DNA of 64,000 nucleotides from the NCBI GenBank assembly GCA_965214095.1, contig OZ243938.1, positions 2,656,001 through 2,720,000 on the forward strand, given 5' to 3'. This stretch comes from Candidatus Poribacteria bacterium. Lineage in GTDB: Bacteria; Poribacteria; WGA-4E; WGA-3G. The notes beneath the pieces were generated by a model that did no database searches, was not told where the DNA came from, and worked only from the letters and a program-made list of their open reading frames with translations. The position numbers and the translations under genes are program-made. Numbering within the stretch: position 1 is the first letter of the stretch; the number at the start of each line of letters is the position of its first letter. Below, piece by piece: positions 10,528 to 20,888 of the stretch.

Positions 10528-10559
10528 ACTAAATATCTCTTATGCTATATGTAAAGTAT

Positions 10560-10693
10560 CTAGTGGAGTGTCCATTCGGACATTGTAGGTCGGGTAGAGG
10601 CACGACGCCCGACTTTATTGATGATAAAAATGGCTGCATGTCGGGTTTCGTGTCTCTACCCGACCTACAAGATTAGTGTAGATAGAACACTAG
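10560..10693. mobile_element. MITE-like element with CTAGTG...CACTAG ends enclosing a GTAG REP doublet
   Basis: GTAGGTCGGG...CCCGACCTAC (10585-10668); inverted homolog at 57862-58047. Confidence 0.7.
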
Positions 10694-10743
10694 TACCTTG
10701 CAACTAACTATCTAATAAACTATAATCTGATAAGGAGGGATTT

Positions 10744-11313
10744 ATGGACGTAAAGGATGCAATTATCTCAAGACGATCCGTTTTCAAATTTAAACAGGAA
10801 CCTGTGCCTAACGATGTAATTGAAAAAATCTTCAGTTACGGGATATGGGCACCGAACCATCACGTCACTGAACCGTGGCGGTTTACCGTCATCGGTGAGA
10901 AAACGAAACTGATTCTCGCACAACGGTACCGAGAAATCAAGATGGAGGACACACCAGATCACGTTGATGCCGAGAATCTTGCAAAGATCGGTCAATTGGC
11001 TTACGAGAAATTTATGTCCAAGCCAACGATTATCGCTGTGTCCTGCATACAAGATGGAGACGAACAACGTCAACGCGAAGACTATGCAGCTGCCTGTTGT
11101 GCGATGCAGAATGTCCAACTTGCTGCATGGGATGCAGGAGTCGGTATGCAGTGGAGCACCGGCAGAATTACGATGGAACAGCAGACCTATAAGTTGCTTG
11201 GGATTGATTCATCACAGGAATACATCATTGGCTTTTTCTATACCGGTTATCCCGCAGAGATTAAAGAACCGAAACGGAAACCTGCAGCTGAGTTTATCCG
11301 GTGGGTCGCCTAA
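10744..11313 (+). CDS. Nitroreductase family protein (YdjA-like)
   Basis: 'AIISRRSVFKF', 'WAPNHHVTEPWRF', 'QNVQLAAW..GVG..W.TG'. Confidence 0.9.
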   Translation: MDVKDAIISRRSVFKFKQEPVPNDVIEKIFSYGIWAPNHHVTEPWRFTVIGEKTKLILAQRYREIKMEDTPDHVDAENLAKIGQLAYEKFMSKPTIIAVSCIQDGDEQRQREDYAAACCAMQNVQLAAWDAGVGMQWSTGRITMEQQTYKLLGIDSSQEYIIGFFYTGYPAEIKEPKRKPAAEFIRWVA

Positions 11314-12146
11314 ATAGATAGTTGATAAGCAGCCTTGGCATTTTGCCAGAAGTATTTCTCGCTGACCTCATCGCCTTTTTCGCTGAAGTAGTCATCAACA
11401 ATCTTTTGCACGATCTTATATTGAGCAAAACGTTCTGATACGGGCCAATTGCTCCCGTAGATGAGTCTGTCTTCTCCAAATGCATTCCACAAAACATCAA
11501 TTGTTGGTGTGTAGTAAGCAACGTTTTCAGGGGCAGGTGTTTGTCCTGTATGCTCCGCTAATCCTGATACTTTGCAGTAGACTTTCGGATAACGGGCAGC
11601 TTCCTGTATCGCAGAAACCCATGCGGTATCCGGTGGGTTGCCATCAACGCGAACACCTGCGATATGGTTAATCACAACCCGCATTGTCGGTATGTGTTCA
11701 ACCAGAGCAGGTAGATTCTTTAATGCATCAGGATTTATGAGCAGGTCTAAGGTTAGTTCCTTCTCTGCTAATTTCTCAATGTTCTTTACGAGGTTAGCAT
11801 CGCTAAGTGCTTGTAGGTGACCACCACCGAGACGTATTCCTCTGAAAAGCGGATTGGCGGAAAGCCGATTCAGGTTATCTTCAAAATCATCATCGTTAGG
11901 GTTTAGGTTTCCAACGAATCCAACGATAAAAGGTTCATTTGCCGCAAGATCGAGGATCCATTGGTTATCTTCAACCCATTTGCTCGCTTCAACGACTACA
12001 GTCCCTGTTACGCCTTCAGGAACTGCAAGTTTTTTGTAATCATCCGGCATCACCGTGCGGTAAAGTAGTTCATCATTGGGGTTCGGCCACGGCACACCTT
12101 CGGGGCGCGTCGGGTCGTAAAAATGCGTATGTGTGTCAATTATCAT
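11310..12146 (-). CDS. Amidohydrolase_2 family protein (sugar lactonase-like)
   Basis: 'IIDTHTHF', 'VINHIA', 'YCKVSG', 'FGEDRLIYGSNWPV'. Confidence 0.88.
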   Translation of the reverse strand: MIIDTHTHFYDPTRPEGVPWPNPNDELLYRTVMPDDYKKLAVPEGVTGTVVVEASKWVEDNQWILDLAANEPFIVGFVGNLNPNDDDFEDNLNRLSANPLFRGIRLGGGHLQALSDANLVKNIEKLAEKELTLDLLINPDALKNLPALVEHIPTMRVVINHIAGVRVDGNPPDTAWVSAIQEAARYPKVYCKVSGLAEHTGQTPAPENVAYYTPTIDVLWNAFGEDRLIYGSNWPVSERFAQYKIVQKIVDDYFSEKGDEVSEKYFWQNAKAAYQLSI

Positions 12147-12992
12147 CAGTACTCCTTAGGAAGTTGTAACTATAAGCATCTTATTGTTGTCTTGTTTGTT
12201 TTCTTGTCTGGTTTATTATCCAGTTGTTCAACACCTGATGAAGTACAACAGCAACAGAGAGAACTCAAACGTGAAGCGTTGAAACTTGAAATGGGACAGG
12301 AACTCAATCCACTTGATCCCGAGGGACATGTTGCTTTAGGAAAAATCTATCATCAATTGGGTGAACATGAGAAAGCAATAACAACGTTTCAAACAGCAAT
12401 TGCTCTTGACGAAAATCATGAGCATGCCTATAATAATTTAGGTTTAGTTTATGTTGATATGCGTCTGTTTATCCTTGCGATAGAAATGTTTCGTGGTGCG
12501 CTGGAAATCGCGCCAGAAAACCCCGCCTTCTATAACAATCTCGGTTATGCTTACGACATGTCAGATAGATTTGATGAGGCACTGCAGGCATATCAAAATG
12601 CTTTGGATGCGGACTCAACTTTTGTAGATACCTATTACAACCTTGCGGATGCCTATCTCAACAAAGAATCATACCAAGAGGCTATTCAGTATTATAAGTC
12701 AGGCATAGAACTGGATGGCGGTGATGCTACAGTGCATTTCAATCTTGGTCTTGCTTATGAAGAGACCGGTGAAGTGCTCAGTGCTATCCAATCTTATGAA
12801 AAGGGTGTCTCTCTGGATTCCGATGAAATAGAAGCATATTATCGTCTTGTGCTTGCCTATCAGAAAAAAGGTGATAATGTCATGATGAGTCGTTATTTGG
12901 ATATGTTTCTCAAAAAAGCTAAAGGTATACCACGCTTTGAAAAACAGTATCTTACTGCTAAACAGATGCTTCAAACTATGGGAGACAGATAA
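12123..12992 (+). CDS. TPR-repeat lipoprotein (start uncertain)
   Basis: Lipobox-like LSSC; repeated 'YNNLG/YYNLA/HFNLG' TPR units. Confidence 0.85.
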   Translation: MRMCVNYHQYSLGSCNYKHLIVVLFVFLSGLLSSCSTPDEVQQQQRELKREALKLEMGQELNPLDPEGHVALGKIYHQLGEHEKAITTFQTAIALDENHEHAYNNLGLVYVDMRLFILAIEMFRGALEIAPENPAFYNNLGYAYDMSDRFDEALQAYQNALDADSTFVDTYYNLADAYLNKESYQEAIQYYKSGIELDGGDATVHFNLGLAYEETGEVLSAIQSYEKGVSLDSDEIEAYYRLVLAYQKKGDNVMMSRYLDMFLKKAKGIPRFEKQYLTAKQMLQTMGDR

Positions 12993-13027
12993 ATTAAAAA
13001 GTGTGCTTGCCTCCTGCCAGTTTTATT

Positions 13028-14518
13028 CTAAAGGATATATCTGCTCAAGTCTTGATCTTTGACGATTTCCGCCAATTCACCACGGACATAATCTGCGTCA
13101 ATAGTAACGCTTTTCTTCTCAAGATCTGGGGCATCAAAGAACAGATTTTCAAACAACTTTTCCATGATAGTGTGTAGCCGTCTGGCACCGATGTCTTCCA
13201 CAGATTCGTTGACCTGAAAAGCGAGTGCAGCGATTTCATCAATCGCATCATCTGTGATTTTGGCTTTAATCCCTTCAGTTTTGAGTAGTGCGGTATATTG
13301 CTTGACTAAAGCGTTTTTCGGTTCAGTTAAGATAGACTTGAAGTCGCTTTGATTGAGGCTTTTTAGTTCAACACGAATAGGAAATCTCCCTTGAAGTTCA
13401 GGGATTAGGTCTGATGGATTAGAGACGTGAAAAGCACCCGCAGCGATGAATAGGACGTGATGCGTGCGGACAGAACCGTATTTTGTTGCTATGGTACTCC
13501 CTTCAATAATAGGAAGGATGTCTCGTTGTACTCCTTCGCGCGACACATCGGGTCCCTGTCGAGATTCGCGTCCAGCGATTTTGTCTATTTCATCTAAGAA
13601 GACGATACCGGTATTTTCGACGCGTTCAATCGCATCATTGATGACAGCGTCCATGTCAATTAGTTTTTCTGCTTCCTCTTGCATCAGGATTTGTCGTGCT
13701 TCGGACACCTTCACACGTCGTTTCTTCGTTTGATTCGGAAGTATGTTGCTGAACATATCTTTGAAGTTAATGTCCATTTCTTCAATCCCACCCGGTGAAA
13801 AGATCTCTACAAATGGCATACTCCGCGATTTCATGTTGATTTCAACTTCGTTATCTTCAAATTCCCCATCCTTTAGCCGTTTACGTAACTTTTCGCGTGT
13901 TTTTTGGTGTCGTTCTCGTTGTTCATCTAAAGCCTCATTTTGCTTTACATTCACTTCTATATCAAAGGGCAATTCAATTGCTTCATCTTCGTCTATATCT
14001 AAATCAATGTCTTCATCTATATCAAAATCATCATCTGTATTATCCGTTGGTTGATTCTTTAGTGCGCGTGGCATTGGGAATAAGCAGTCTAACAGCCGTT
14101 CTTCGGTTGATTCTAAGGCTTTTTCTTCAACGACGACGGTTTGTTCGGCTTTCACACGGCTGACCGAAATCTCTGTTAGGTCGCGGATCATTGATTCAAC
14201 ATCACGACCGACATAGCCGATTTCTGTATATTTTGATGCTTCAACCTTGATGAATGGTGCCTCTACGAGGCGCGCCAGTCTCCGTGCGATTTCTGTTTTG
14301 CCGACACCCGTAGAACCGATCATGATGATATTTTTGGGAGCAACTTCATCTTGCATATCATCAGCAAGCATCTGTCTACGTGCTCGGTTACGCAGAGCAA
14401 TAGCGACACTTCTTTTTGCCTCAAATTGACCGATGATATATTTATCAAGTTCTTCAACGATCTGGCGTGGGGTTAGCGAATCTGCTAAAGTTTTTGTTTC
14501 AACAGTTTTTTTCTCCAA
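13028..14518 (-). CDS. hslU: ATP-dependent protease ATPase subunit HslU
   Basis: '[16 protein letters not shown]', '[13 protein letters not shown]', GYVG loop, 'DLSRYIL' tail. Confidence 0.97.
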   Translation of the reverse strand: MEKKTVETKTLADSLTPRQIVEELDKYIIGQFEAKRSVAIALRNRARRQMLADDMQDEVAPKNIIMIGSTGVGKTEIARRLARLVEAPFIKVEASKYTEIGYVGRDVESMIRDLTEISVSRVKAEQTVVVEEKALESTEERLLDCLFPMPRALKNQPTDNTDDDFDIDEDIDLDIDEDEAIELPFDIEVNVKQNEALDEQRERHQKTREKLRKRLKDGEFEDNEVEINMKSRSMPFVEIFSPGGIEEMDINFKDMFSNILPNQTKKRRVKVSEARQILMQEEAEKLIDMDAVINDAIERVENTGIVFLDEIDKIAGRESRQGPDVSREGVQRDILPIIEGSTIATKYGSVRTHHVLFIAAGAFHVSNPSDLIPELQGRFPIRVELKSLNQSDFKSILTEPKNALVKQYTALLKTEGIKAKITDDAIDEIAALAFQVNESVEDIGARRLHTIMEKLFENLFFDAPDLEKKSVTIDADYVRGELAEIVKDQDLSRYIL

Positions 14519-14592
14519 AGTGACCTCCTAAAAGACATGAGACACACGCATTTGTGTCATAGTCAAGTAACAAGTAATCTATAGGTTCTAAT

Positions 14593-15156
14593 CTATTCTC
14601 CAGTTTCAATTGATTCTATTTCAACCTGTGCGTTTGTATAAATGCAGATTTCACTGGTAATCCGTAATGCTTCAGCGACGATCTCGGTAGCGTTGAGTTC
14701 TGTGTATTTTAGCAAAGCTCTGGAAGCTGCAAGTGCAACAGAACCGCCAGAGCCGATAGCCAGTACATCATCGTCAGGTATGATGAGGTCTCCATTACCT
14801 GAGATTAGATAACCGTCTTTTGCATCAACTGCGATCATCAAAGCGTCTGCGCGTCTAAGAATGCGGTCACTTCGCCAATCTCTTGCGAGTTCTACGGCAG
14901 CTTTTTGAAGGTTGCCGCGGTATTGTTCCAGTTTTTTCTCCAAATTTTCATATAGGGTAAGCGCGTCTGAAGCAGAACCTGCGAATCCGATAAGTACACT
15001 ATCCTGATATATCTTCCGTATTTTCCGTGCGCTGTGTTTGATGGCTGTATCCCCTAAAGTGACTTGACCATCTCCACCGATAGCGGTTTGTCCGTTTCTG
15101 CGGACAGCTAATATTGTAGTTGAACGCATTCTTTTCTTTTCAAGTAAATCTGCCAT
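14593..15156 (-). CDS. hslV: ATP-dependent protease subunit HslV
   Basis: 'STTILAVRR.G..AIGGDGQVTLG', 'AIGSGG', 'ICIYTN'. Confidence 0.97.
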   Translation of the reverse strand: MADLLEKKRMRSTTILAVRRNGQTAIGGDGQVTLGDTAIKHSARKIRKIYQDSVLIGFAGSASDALTLYENLEKKLEQYRGNLQKAAVELARDWRSDRILRRADALMIAVDAKDGYLISGNGDLIIPDDDVLAIGSGGSVALAASRALLKYTELNATEIVAEALRITSEICIYTNAQVEIESIETGE

Positions 15157-15230
15157 ATTTTTTTTTCTAACTAATAGAATCTCCTAAGTAATTCCACAAA
15201 CTAAAAGTTTGTGTTTCAATAGTGCCCAAA

Positions 15231-15920
15231 TTATATGTAGATTTTCCACGAGACGAAATAACTTAAAAACATCACTATTCCCATGAAAAGACCACACCTT
15301 ATCCCCGCGATTAGAGGATGTTGTTTCCGATGAAAGTAGTAAGGCAATAAGGTAAAGGTAAGCAAGAATGTAATTGGCATAAAAATAGGGACTGATGCGA
15401 TGTGTGGTATATTTTCAACCCTCAGTTGGTTCCATATCCATAGTTCTTTTCCAAGTCCGTACATCGTAACGCTCCCAATAGATGCTACAATCCCTGTTAT
15501 CCCCGAAGCAATAAAATGGTGCAGCCCGGACATTTGAAGTCTTTGGTAGCAGTAAACAGTTAACGTTGCCAGAATAACCCATGTCAGTATTAAACCGATC
15601 GGTGTGGTCACGTTTCCCAAAAAATCTGAGCTGCGATAGATGATAAAACGTACTTTTTTTGAAAATAACCAGTCCATCGGTAGATATGTTGCGGTTGCTG
15701 AAAGCCCGAATAAGACACTTTCCCAGAGTATGCCTTCATCACGTTCCGGATGTCTGTAGATAAGATAACCTAACCAACCGATTGCAAGCAGCAGATTCGG
15801 ATAGAGTAACCAGATAGTGCGAATTCCTGCTGCCCTAATTGGTAATAGAAACACTAATAAGAACGTTAATATTGTGGTTAAGGCTACAGTGAATACGGCT
15901 TTATCTGTTTTGAGACTCAT
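15231..15920 (-). CDS. Hypothetical multi-pass membrane protein
   Basis: About 7 hydrophobic segments; co-oriented between arsA and hslV. Confidence 0.7.
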   Translation of the reverse strand: MSLKTDKAVFTVALTTILTFLLVFLLPIRAAGIRTIWLLYPNLLLAIGWLGYLIYRHPERDEGILWESVLFGLSATATYLPMDWLFSKKVRFIIYRSSDFLGNVTTPIGLILTWVILATLTVYCYQRLQMSGLHHFIASGITGIVASIGSVTMYGLGKELWIWNQLRVENIPHIASVPIFMPITFLLTFTLLPYYFHRKQHPLIAGIRCGLFMGIVMFLSYFVSWKIYI

Positions 15921-15965
15921 TAGTTTGTTATTGCGGAAATTGAGACGTGAAACTTTAAGAATAGT

Positions 15966-17144
15966 TTATTGGAAAGTGATGATGAGCTGATTACCAGTAA
16001 GTTTTGCTCCGGTAGTTTTAGTGCTTGATAAACTTCGTGGTAGCGCGACATGACGTTTAAATCCTCCAATAGTGACGATCAACTCATCTCCATGTTTTGT
16101 TAGATGTACCTCTTGTTTTGTGAGAAATGGAAGTTGCATGGTCAGTTGGTAATTATCATTGACTTTCGTGAACTGATATGGTTTCTGTTCTGAAAATCTA
16201 TCGGCTGGATCAATATCAGGATAGAGGAGATCACCCAACTTACGGAGTCCTAGTTCACCAACAATCTGATCGTCAAATAGATTCACTTTCCAAATCGGTA
16301 CACCCGAAAAATAGTTTTCTGCTTCCTCTATATACTTTTGTTGCGTTTGTTTCCAGATTTCAAAAAACTTTTCCTCAACACCTTCTGGGAAGATACGATT
16401 GATAATGACAGCGTCAATACATAATCCATATAGGCAAAAGTACATAAAGGCGCGTTGTGTCTCTTTTATTACTATTTTTTCTGGATTTGTCACAAGCCGT
16501 ACAGTAGTTATATTAGGATCAGTCAGGACTGTATCAATTCCTTCAAGTTTATCAAAGAGTTGTTTGATATTTTGGAAGTATGCATCCTTTGGTATTGGGA
16601 CAGAACTGATAGTTTCTATTATGGGGCCGGCAATTTTTGCCATGTTGCGTTCTAATTTGAAGATGCGATTCATATACCATTCAAGTGTAGTTGGAATGCT
16701 AACAAATCTAAGAGATTCACCCGTTGGGGCACAATCGAGGATAATAACATCATAAGTATTTTCACGGACGTACTGATTGATGTAGAGCAATGCGCAGATT
16801 TCTTCCATTCCCGGAAACACAGCAATCTCCTCTGCCACCAGACTTTCCAGTCCAGAACGGTTCAGCAAAGACCGGATGTAGTTGTAGACTTCATCCCAGT
16901 ATTCAACAATCGCTTCTTGAACGTTTATTTCCTGAATCCATAGGTTTTCATTGATCTGTATCCGTTTTTCGTCTGCTTGTGCGATGAGTATGTCTTCTCT
17001 GTCAAAGGAATCACGTAGGGAATGTGCCACGTCAAGTGATATGACGATGGTTTTATATCCAAGTGAAGCCAGTTTTATTCCTGTTGCTGCGGAGATAGTC
17101 GTTTTTCCAACTCCGCCTTTGCCTGTGTAAAATATGAGTCGCAC
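15966..17144 (-). CDS. ArsA/GET3 family ATPase with C-terminal HSP20-like domain
   Basis: 'GKGGVGKTT', 'DVAHSL.D', 'PGMEE', 'DCAPTG'; C-terminal 'L.LPF......L.K.GDEL.V.IG...R...LP'. Confidence 0.9.
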   Translation of the reverse strand: MRLIFYTGKGGVGKTTISAATGIKLASLGYKTIVISLDVAHSLRDSFDREDILIAQADEKRIQINENLWIQEINVQEAIVEYWDEVYNYIRSLLNRSGLESLVAEEIAVFPGMEEICALLYINQYVRENTYDVIILDCAPTGESLRFVSIPTTLEWYMNRIFKLERNMAKIAGPIIETISSVPIPKDAYFQNIKQLFDKLEGIDTVLTDPNITTVRLVTNPEKIVIKETQRAFMYFCLYGLCIDAVIINRIFPEGVEEKFFEIWKQTQQKYIEEAENYFSGVPIWKVNLFDDQIVGELGLRKLGDLLYPDIDPADRFSEQKPYQFTKVNDNYQLTMQLPFLTKQEVHLTKHGDELIVTIGGFKRHVALPRSLSSTKTTGAKLTGNQLIITFQ

Positions 17145-17275
17145 TTTTTAATCCTACTTATTTGTATATTGTTGTTAAGTATATCTTATATTTTGGTGGT
17201 ATGCAAAGGATTGTTTCTGAATTGCGGAAGGGGAGGAATGAACGGATCGATGCAGAATCTTATGCCATTTCTTAG

Positions 17276-17429
17276 AAATAACGTGAGTTTAAGATTTAAT
17301 TCAATAACCGCTGTAGGATAGATTGAGGCACAAACCCCGCCAAGACCTATAATGAGCAAATGTTGGGTTTCGTGTTTCAACCCCTAACCTATAGATATTT
17401 TGGGATGAGTTCTCAAACTTACGTTATTT
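17276..17429. mobile_element. MITE-like element with 19-bp TIRs enclosing a decayed GTAG REP doublet
   Basis: AAATAACGTGAGTTTAAGA / TCTCAAACTTACGTTATTT (2 mismatches); interior GTAGGATAGATTGAGGCACAAACCCC...GGGTTTCGTGTTTCAACCCCTAACCTAT resembles the 10585 doublet. Confidence 0.6.
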
Positions 17430-17450
17430 TAGGTTTAACTATAAGTGTCC

Positions 17451-19457
17451 TTAGGGTAGCGTATAGACACCCCATCGCACTTTAGCGATTTCACCTGTAT
17501 CAACGAGCCGTCCAAGTTCATTTTTTATTGCTTTTGGATGTCCTTCAATGGCTTCAATAAATTCTGCGGTTCTTTTATCTCCATCAGAAAGGAGGGTGAT
17601 AATTTGCTCCTTGAAAGGAATACGGAGAGGTCTTCCACCTCGAAGTTTTTGTAGGATACGGTTTGCTTGTCTGGATGAGCATCCCAAAATATGTTCCACA
17701 TGTTCTCTGTCAGATTCACCCGTTAGATTACCTCTTTCTGTCTCAAATTGTTCACGTGTTGCTATCACTTCAGGCAGTTTTTCAAGCCCACCTGCAACTT
17801 CAAAGTCTTCCCAGTCGAAAAAGAGTGTCTCAGGTCTGTCTGTGATTTGCGGCAGGAACATACTTGAGATTAATACGATTCTTTTGTTAGGGAATGTGTT
17901 TAACTTAGTGAGTTGGACAAAGCGAGAGAGAATTGGAATGATACTTTGCTCATATACACTTTGAACCCGTTCGTCTATATATTGCACTGAATTTGCGTCT
18001 TTTTCATAGGAGAGGGGTTCCTTGTCGTTCCCGAACAATATCTGTGATCGTCGCCATATTAGTTTTTCAGAGAGCGTTGGTGTTCCAATTATCCAAACGA
18101 CATGCGACTCTTCTAATGTGGATTTCATACCTTTAGGAATATCAAAATCAACGACGCGACAGACATTTTCTTTCTTTTCGAGATCTGACAACCGAGCAGC
18201 GATTGCCTTATAAGTAAGAATAGTATGCTTAATACTGGTGTCTCTATCTATTTCAGTACAGATACCTTGGAAAAAGCGTTGCGCAGTTTCGGACAATCCG
18301 ATGACATCCCAATTACTGTTGTAATCTAAGATAGTATCTCGTGGGTAGTTGCCTGTTCGGATCTGAAAAACCTTGTTTTCAGGGAGCCAAGGTGTTGGTT
18401 CGGTATAGCGTACTTCTATATTCTTATTTGGGAACGCCCGTCGGAGATGTTGATCAGAGAGAGTTACAGACATCAGCATGAGTCTTTTGACGGCTGGATG
18501 CAAAACTGGAGGCACCCAGAATCTTAGTGTTTTTCCGTTCCATCGTATCGGTGCGTCGGCATCCCGTGTATAATATGCAAAGAAACTATTGAGTTGATGC
18601 CAAAACGTCCAGTTTAGGTTTGAATTGATCGTCTGTAATTTCTGAATATCTTCAACGGTATCTATGTTAAAAATCCCCAATTCAATAGCCTTTGTTATTG
18701 ACATTCTGATTCTAATGTCTTCGTTAATCACAGATGAATCCACTTTGAACACGTTAATTCCTTTATCTGTGAGTATATTTGAGGCTTTCTTGTCATGTGG
18801 AATATATGCAGTAGCCCCTCCTTCAAATTTGATGCTAAAACGTGCTAATTGTGTGCCGGTATCAGGGTCAACATAACCGCGCGGTACAACTCTACCCCAG
18901 ACAATGACTTGACACACCTGTCTTAAAAGTCTTTTATGCTGCCATTCGAAAGCGCGCATCACTGCTCGTATGCGTTTCACAGCATCTGCATGAGGTATAT
19001 CCTTAATCTCAACAGCATGAAGTAAGGCTTTGGCAAAGTCTCCTAATGCACTACCTTGCCAGTTGACACTCCATTCCTGCAGAACTTTCTTTGTCAATAT
19101 ACATTCAGGAAATAGTTTGTAGGCTTTTATTCTGTCAAGGATGCAAAGTCTTTCAGTGTCATCCATCTGTTTGAGGATTTCATCTGCAGTTTCTGTGTGT
19201 TGTGGATCAAAAAACAGTTCAGGAAGTGCTAATATTTGTGTCTTAGCGCGATTTAATGAGGCGGGTTGTGATAAAAAACCGCGTTGTTGACAATCCGTAT
19301 AAACAGGACACTGCGGACAGATAGTTTCACTGGCATTACCACCCTTTTCCTCAAGGGCATCACATCTTTCAGGGTCTTCGCATACATTACCAAGTTGAAA
19401 AGGGTTCGTCATGCGAACATCAATCGGTATCTGTTTGACCTGCTCCCACAGGTACAT
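17451..19457 (-). CDS. C-terminal part of a degenerate primase-helicase-like protein (Cys cluster, SF2-like remnants, C-terminal wHTH)
   Basis: 'C...ERC...CPQCP...C'; 'LCILDRI' (Walker B-like); 'LMSVTL' (motif III-like); 'LGRLVDTGEIAKVRWGVY' wHTH; in frame with 19467..20849 across one TGA. Confidence 0.55.
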   Translation of the reverse strand: MYLWEQVKQIPIDVRMTNPFQLGNVCEDPERCDALEEKGGNASETICPQCPVYTDCQQRGFLSQPASLNRAKTQILALPELFFDPQHTETADEILKQMDDTERLCILDRIKAYKLFPECILTKKVLQEWSVNWQGSALGDFAKALLHAVEIKDIPHADAVKRIRAVMRAFEWQHKRLLRQVCQVIVWGRVVPRGYVDPDTGTQLARFSIKFEGGATAYIPHDKKASNILTDKGINVFKVDSSVINEDIRIRMSITKAIELGIFNIDTVEDIQKLQTINSNLNWTFWHQLNSFFAYYTRDADAPIRWNGKTLRFWVPPVLHPAVKRLMLMSVTLSDQHLRRAFPNKNIEVRYTEPTPWLPENKVFQIRTGNYPRDTILDYNSNWDVIGLSETAQRFFQGICTEIDRDTSIKHTILTYKAIAARLSDLEKKENVCRVVDFDIPKGMKSTLEESHVVWIIGTPTLSEKLIWRRSQILFGNDKEPLSYEKDANSVQYIDERVQSVYEQSIIPILSRFVQLTKLNTFPNKRIVLISSMFLPQITDRPETLFFDWEDFEVAGGLEKLPEVIATREQFETERGNLTGESDREHVEHILGCSSRQANRILQKLRGGRPLRIPFKEQIITLLSDGDKRTAEFIEAIEGHPKAIKNELGRLVDTGEIAKVRWGVYTLP

Positions 19458-19466
19458 TCGTGGTTT

Positions 19467-20849
19467 TCAGCGTTCAAACAGCGTAAGTTTCTGATTTTGA
19501 TAGTGATTCTCTAACTCCTCAGCATACTTGTAGGTTGGAACGTTTAAACAGGTTGATTCACTGGCGGAGATAAAGGATTCTGCATCTGTATTCACCTCTG
19601 TGTCTTCCTCGGAAATTAGTGCCAGAATATGGTCAGCCTGATTAAATATGTTCTGATTCTGAAGGTTACCGTTATTGTGCGTACCGTTTATCCGACTTGT
19701 TTGCTCAGGTTTTTGCAACACGGGATTGGATCTTTTTATTGCGAGTGGACTAAGTTTTCCCTCTCGAATACTGAGTATTTTATCGGAGATAGGTATACTC
19801 GCGGGTGATTTAATTGGCACAATTCCTGTATCAACCCAAATATCTGTTATAGGTGTTGATGTTATGGGTATTCCAGTTTCATGGGTTGAGGCGCGTAACC
19901 ATACTGTTCCTTCATCTTCCCATAGTGAGATGTAGTGGTTATCAATTCCACTGTGTGGTAAGGTCCAGCGGTAGTTCTCTTCTTCTTGTCCAATATAAGA
20001 AAATCCTCTTTTAATAAGAGTTTCTTTCGCGAGATCAAGATTCTGTGAACCGAGGGAATCAGGTATTTCGTGGGTAATTGGCTTTTCAATAATTTTTTGC
20101 GGCGCGGGTTCATGAAGTGACACTCGAAGAGCATCAATGGGGGCAAAAACGACTTCCTTAGCGATAATAGGTGGGTCTAACAAACTGCCTTGCAGAATTT
20201 CATAGCGTGCATCCCATCTACTATAATCCTTTTCTCCGTTGATTTCAAGGTATACATCAAGGTTCTCAGGGGCATCGGAAGTCGGTGTGTGCTTATGGAT
20301 ATATAGTTTGGAGGAGTCGGTATTTGGATGCAAGTAGTCCGGTATCCTGCAAGAAAACCGAATGCCTCCAGATTTTGTTATTGTCAATAGTGAGTTGGGA
20401 ACTGCATTCGCGAGTGTATCAATGCAAGTATGAACTGCCTCAGGTTCGGAGCAAATGAGACTATATGTAAAATGGAAATCGTGCCAATTTGCCCCATCTA
20501 GTTCGGAGGGTGCACCGGTATACACTTGAATTCCCCATGATTCGTGCCATCGCCTTATGTCCCAGTCTTTAATTCCTTGGCGTTTTAGGAAGCGTTCTCC
20601 TCCCAATTCCCTGGGGCCATTATCGTTGCCAGGTCCGCGTCCTATAGGCATAAACGATATGTGTGCTGCTTCTAAGTTCGCGAGTAAAACAGGATATTTA
20701 TATGCACAATGTGTTGTCAGATGATAAGGGAAACCAATGTTGTAAAGGGCAGGTGATACCACTGTCTGACGTTGAAGCAATGGTTTTTTGTTTCGTTCAT
20801 GGCATCGTTGAATAATGTCTTCAAAAGAAATCATAATATCAATTAGCAT
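19467..20849 (-). CDS. N-terminal part of the same protein, degenerate Prim-Pol-like domain
   Basis: 'WGIQVYTGAPS...HDFHF...TKSGGIRF' resembles Prim-Pol 'NIGIxTG...DxD...TxSGGxH' with catalytic residues altered. Confidence 0.5.
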   Translation of the reverse strand: MLIDIMISFEDIIQRCHERNKKPLLQRQTVVSPALYNIGFPYHLTTHCAYKYPVLLANLEAAHISFMPIGRGPGNDNGPRELGGERFLKRQGIKDWDIRRWHESWGIQVYTGAPSELDGANWHDFHFTYSLICSEPEAVHTCIDTLANAVPNSLLTITKSGGIRFSCRIPDYLHPNTDSSKLYIHKHTPTSDAPENLDVYLEINGEKDYSRWDARYEILQGSLLDPPIIAKEVVFAPIDALRVSLHEPAPQKIIEKPITHEIPDSLGSQNLDLAKETLIKRGFSYIGQEEENYRWTLPHSGIDNHYISLWEDEGTVWLRASTHETGIPITSTPITDIWVDTGIVPIKSPASIPISDKILSIREGKLSPLAIKRSNPVLQKPEQTSRINGTHNNGNLQNQNIFNQADHILALISEEDTEVNTDAESFISASESTCLNVPTYKYAEELENHYQNQKLTLFER

Positions 20850-20888
20850 GTTTTGAAAACCGCGTCTCCTAACAAACAAGATTCTCAA

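Noticed and set aside
14519-15230. Heat-shock operator (CIRCE) for hslVU
   Set aside because: Only short palindromes (CACAAACTAAAAGTTTGTG; GACACACGCATTTGTGTC); no TTAGCACTC-N9-GAGTGCTAA match.
17186-17380. Small ORFs at 17186, 40854, 57147 and 61505
   Set aside because: They run through REP/MITE sequence and have no protein features.
19467-19469. Alternative genetic code (TGA = Trp/Gly)
   Set aside because: TGA ends other well-defined genes here (pilD, rhodanese, phyH), and no other conserved gene is interrupted by TGA.
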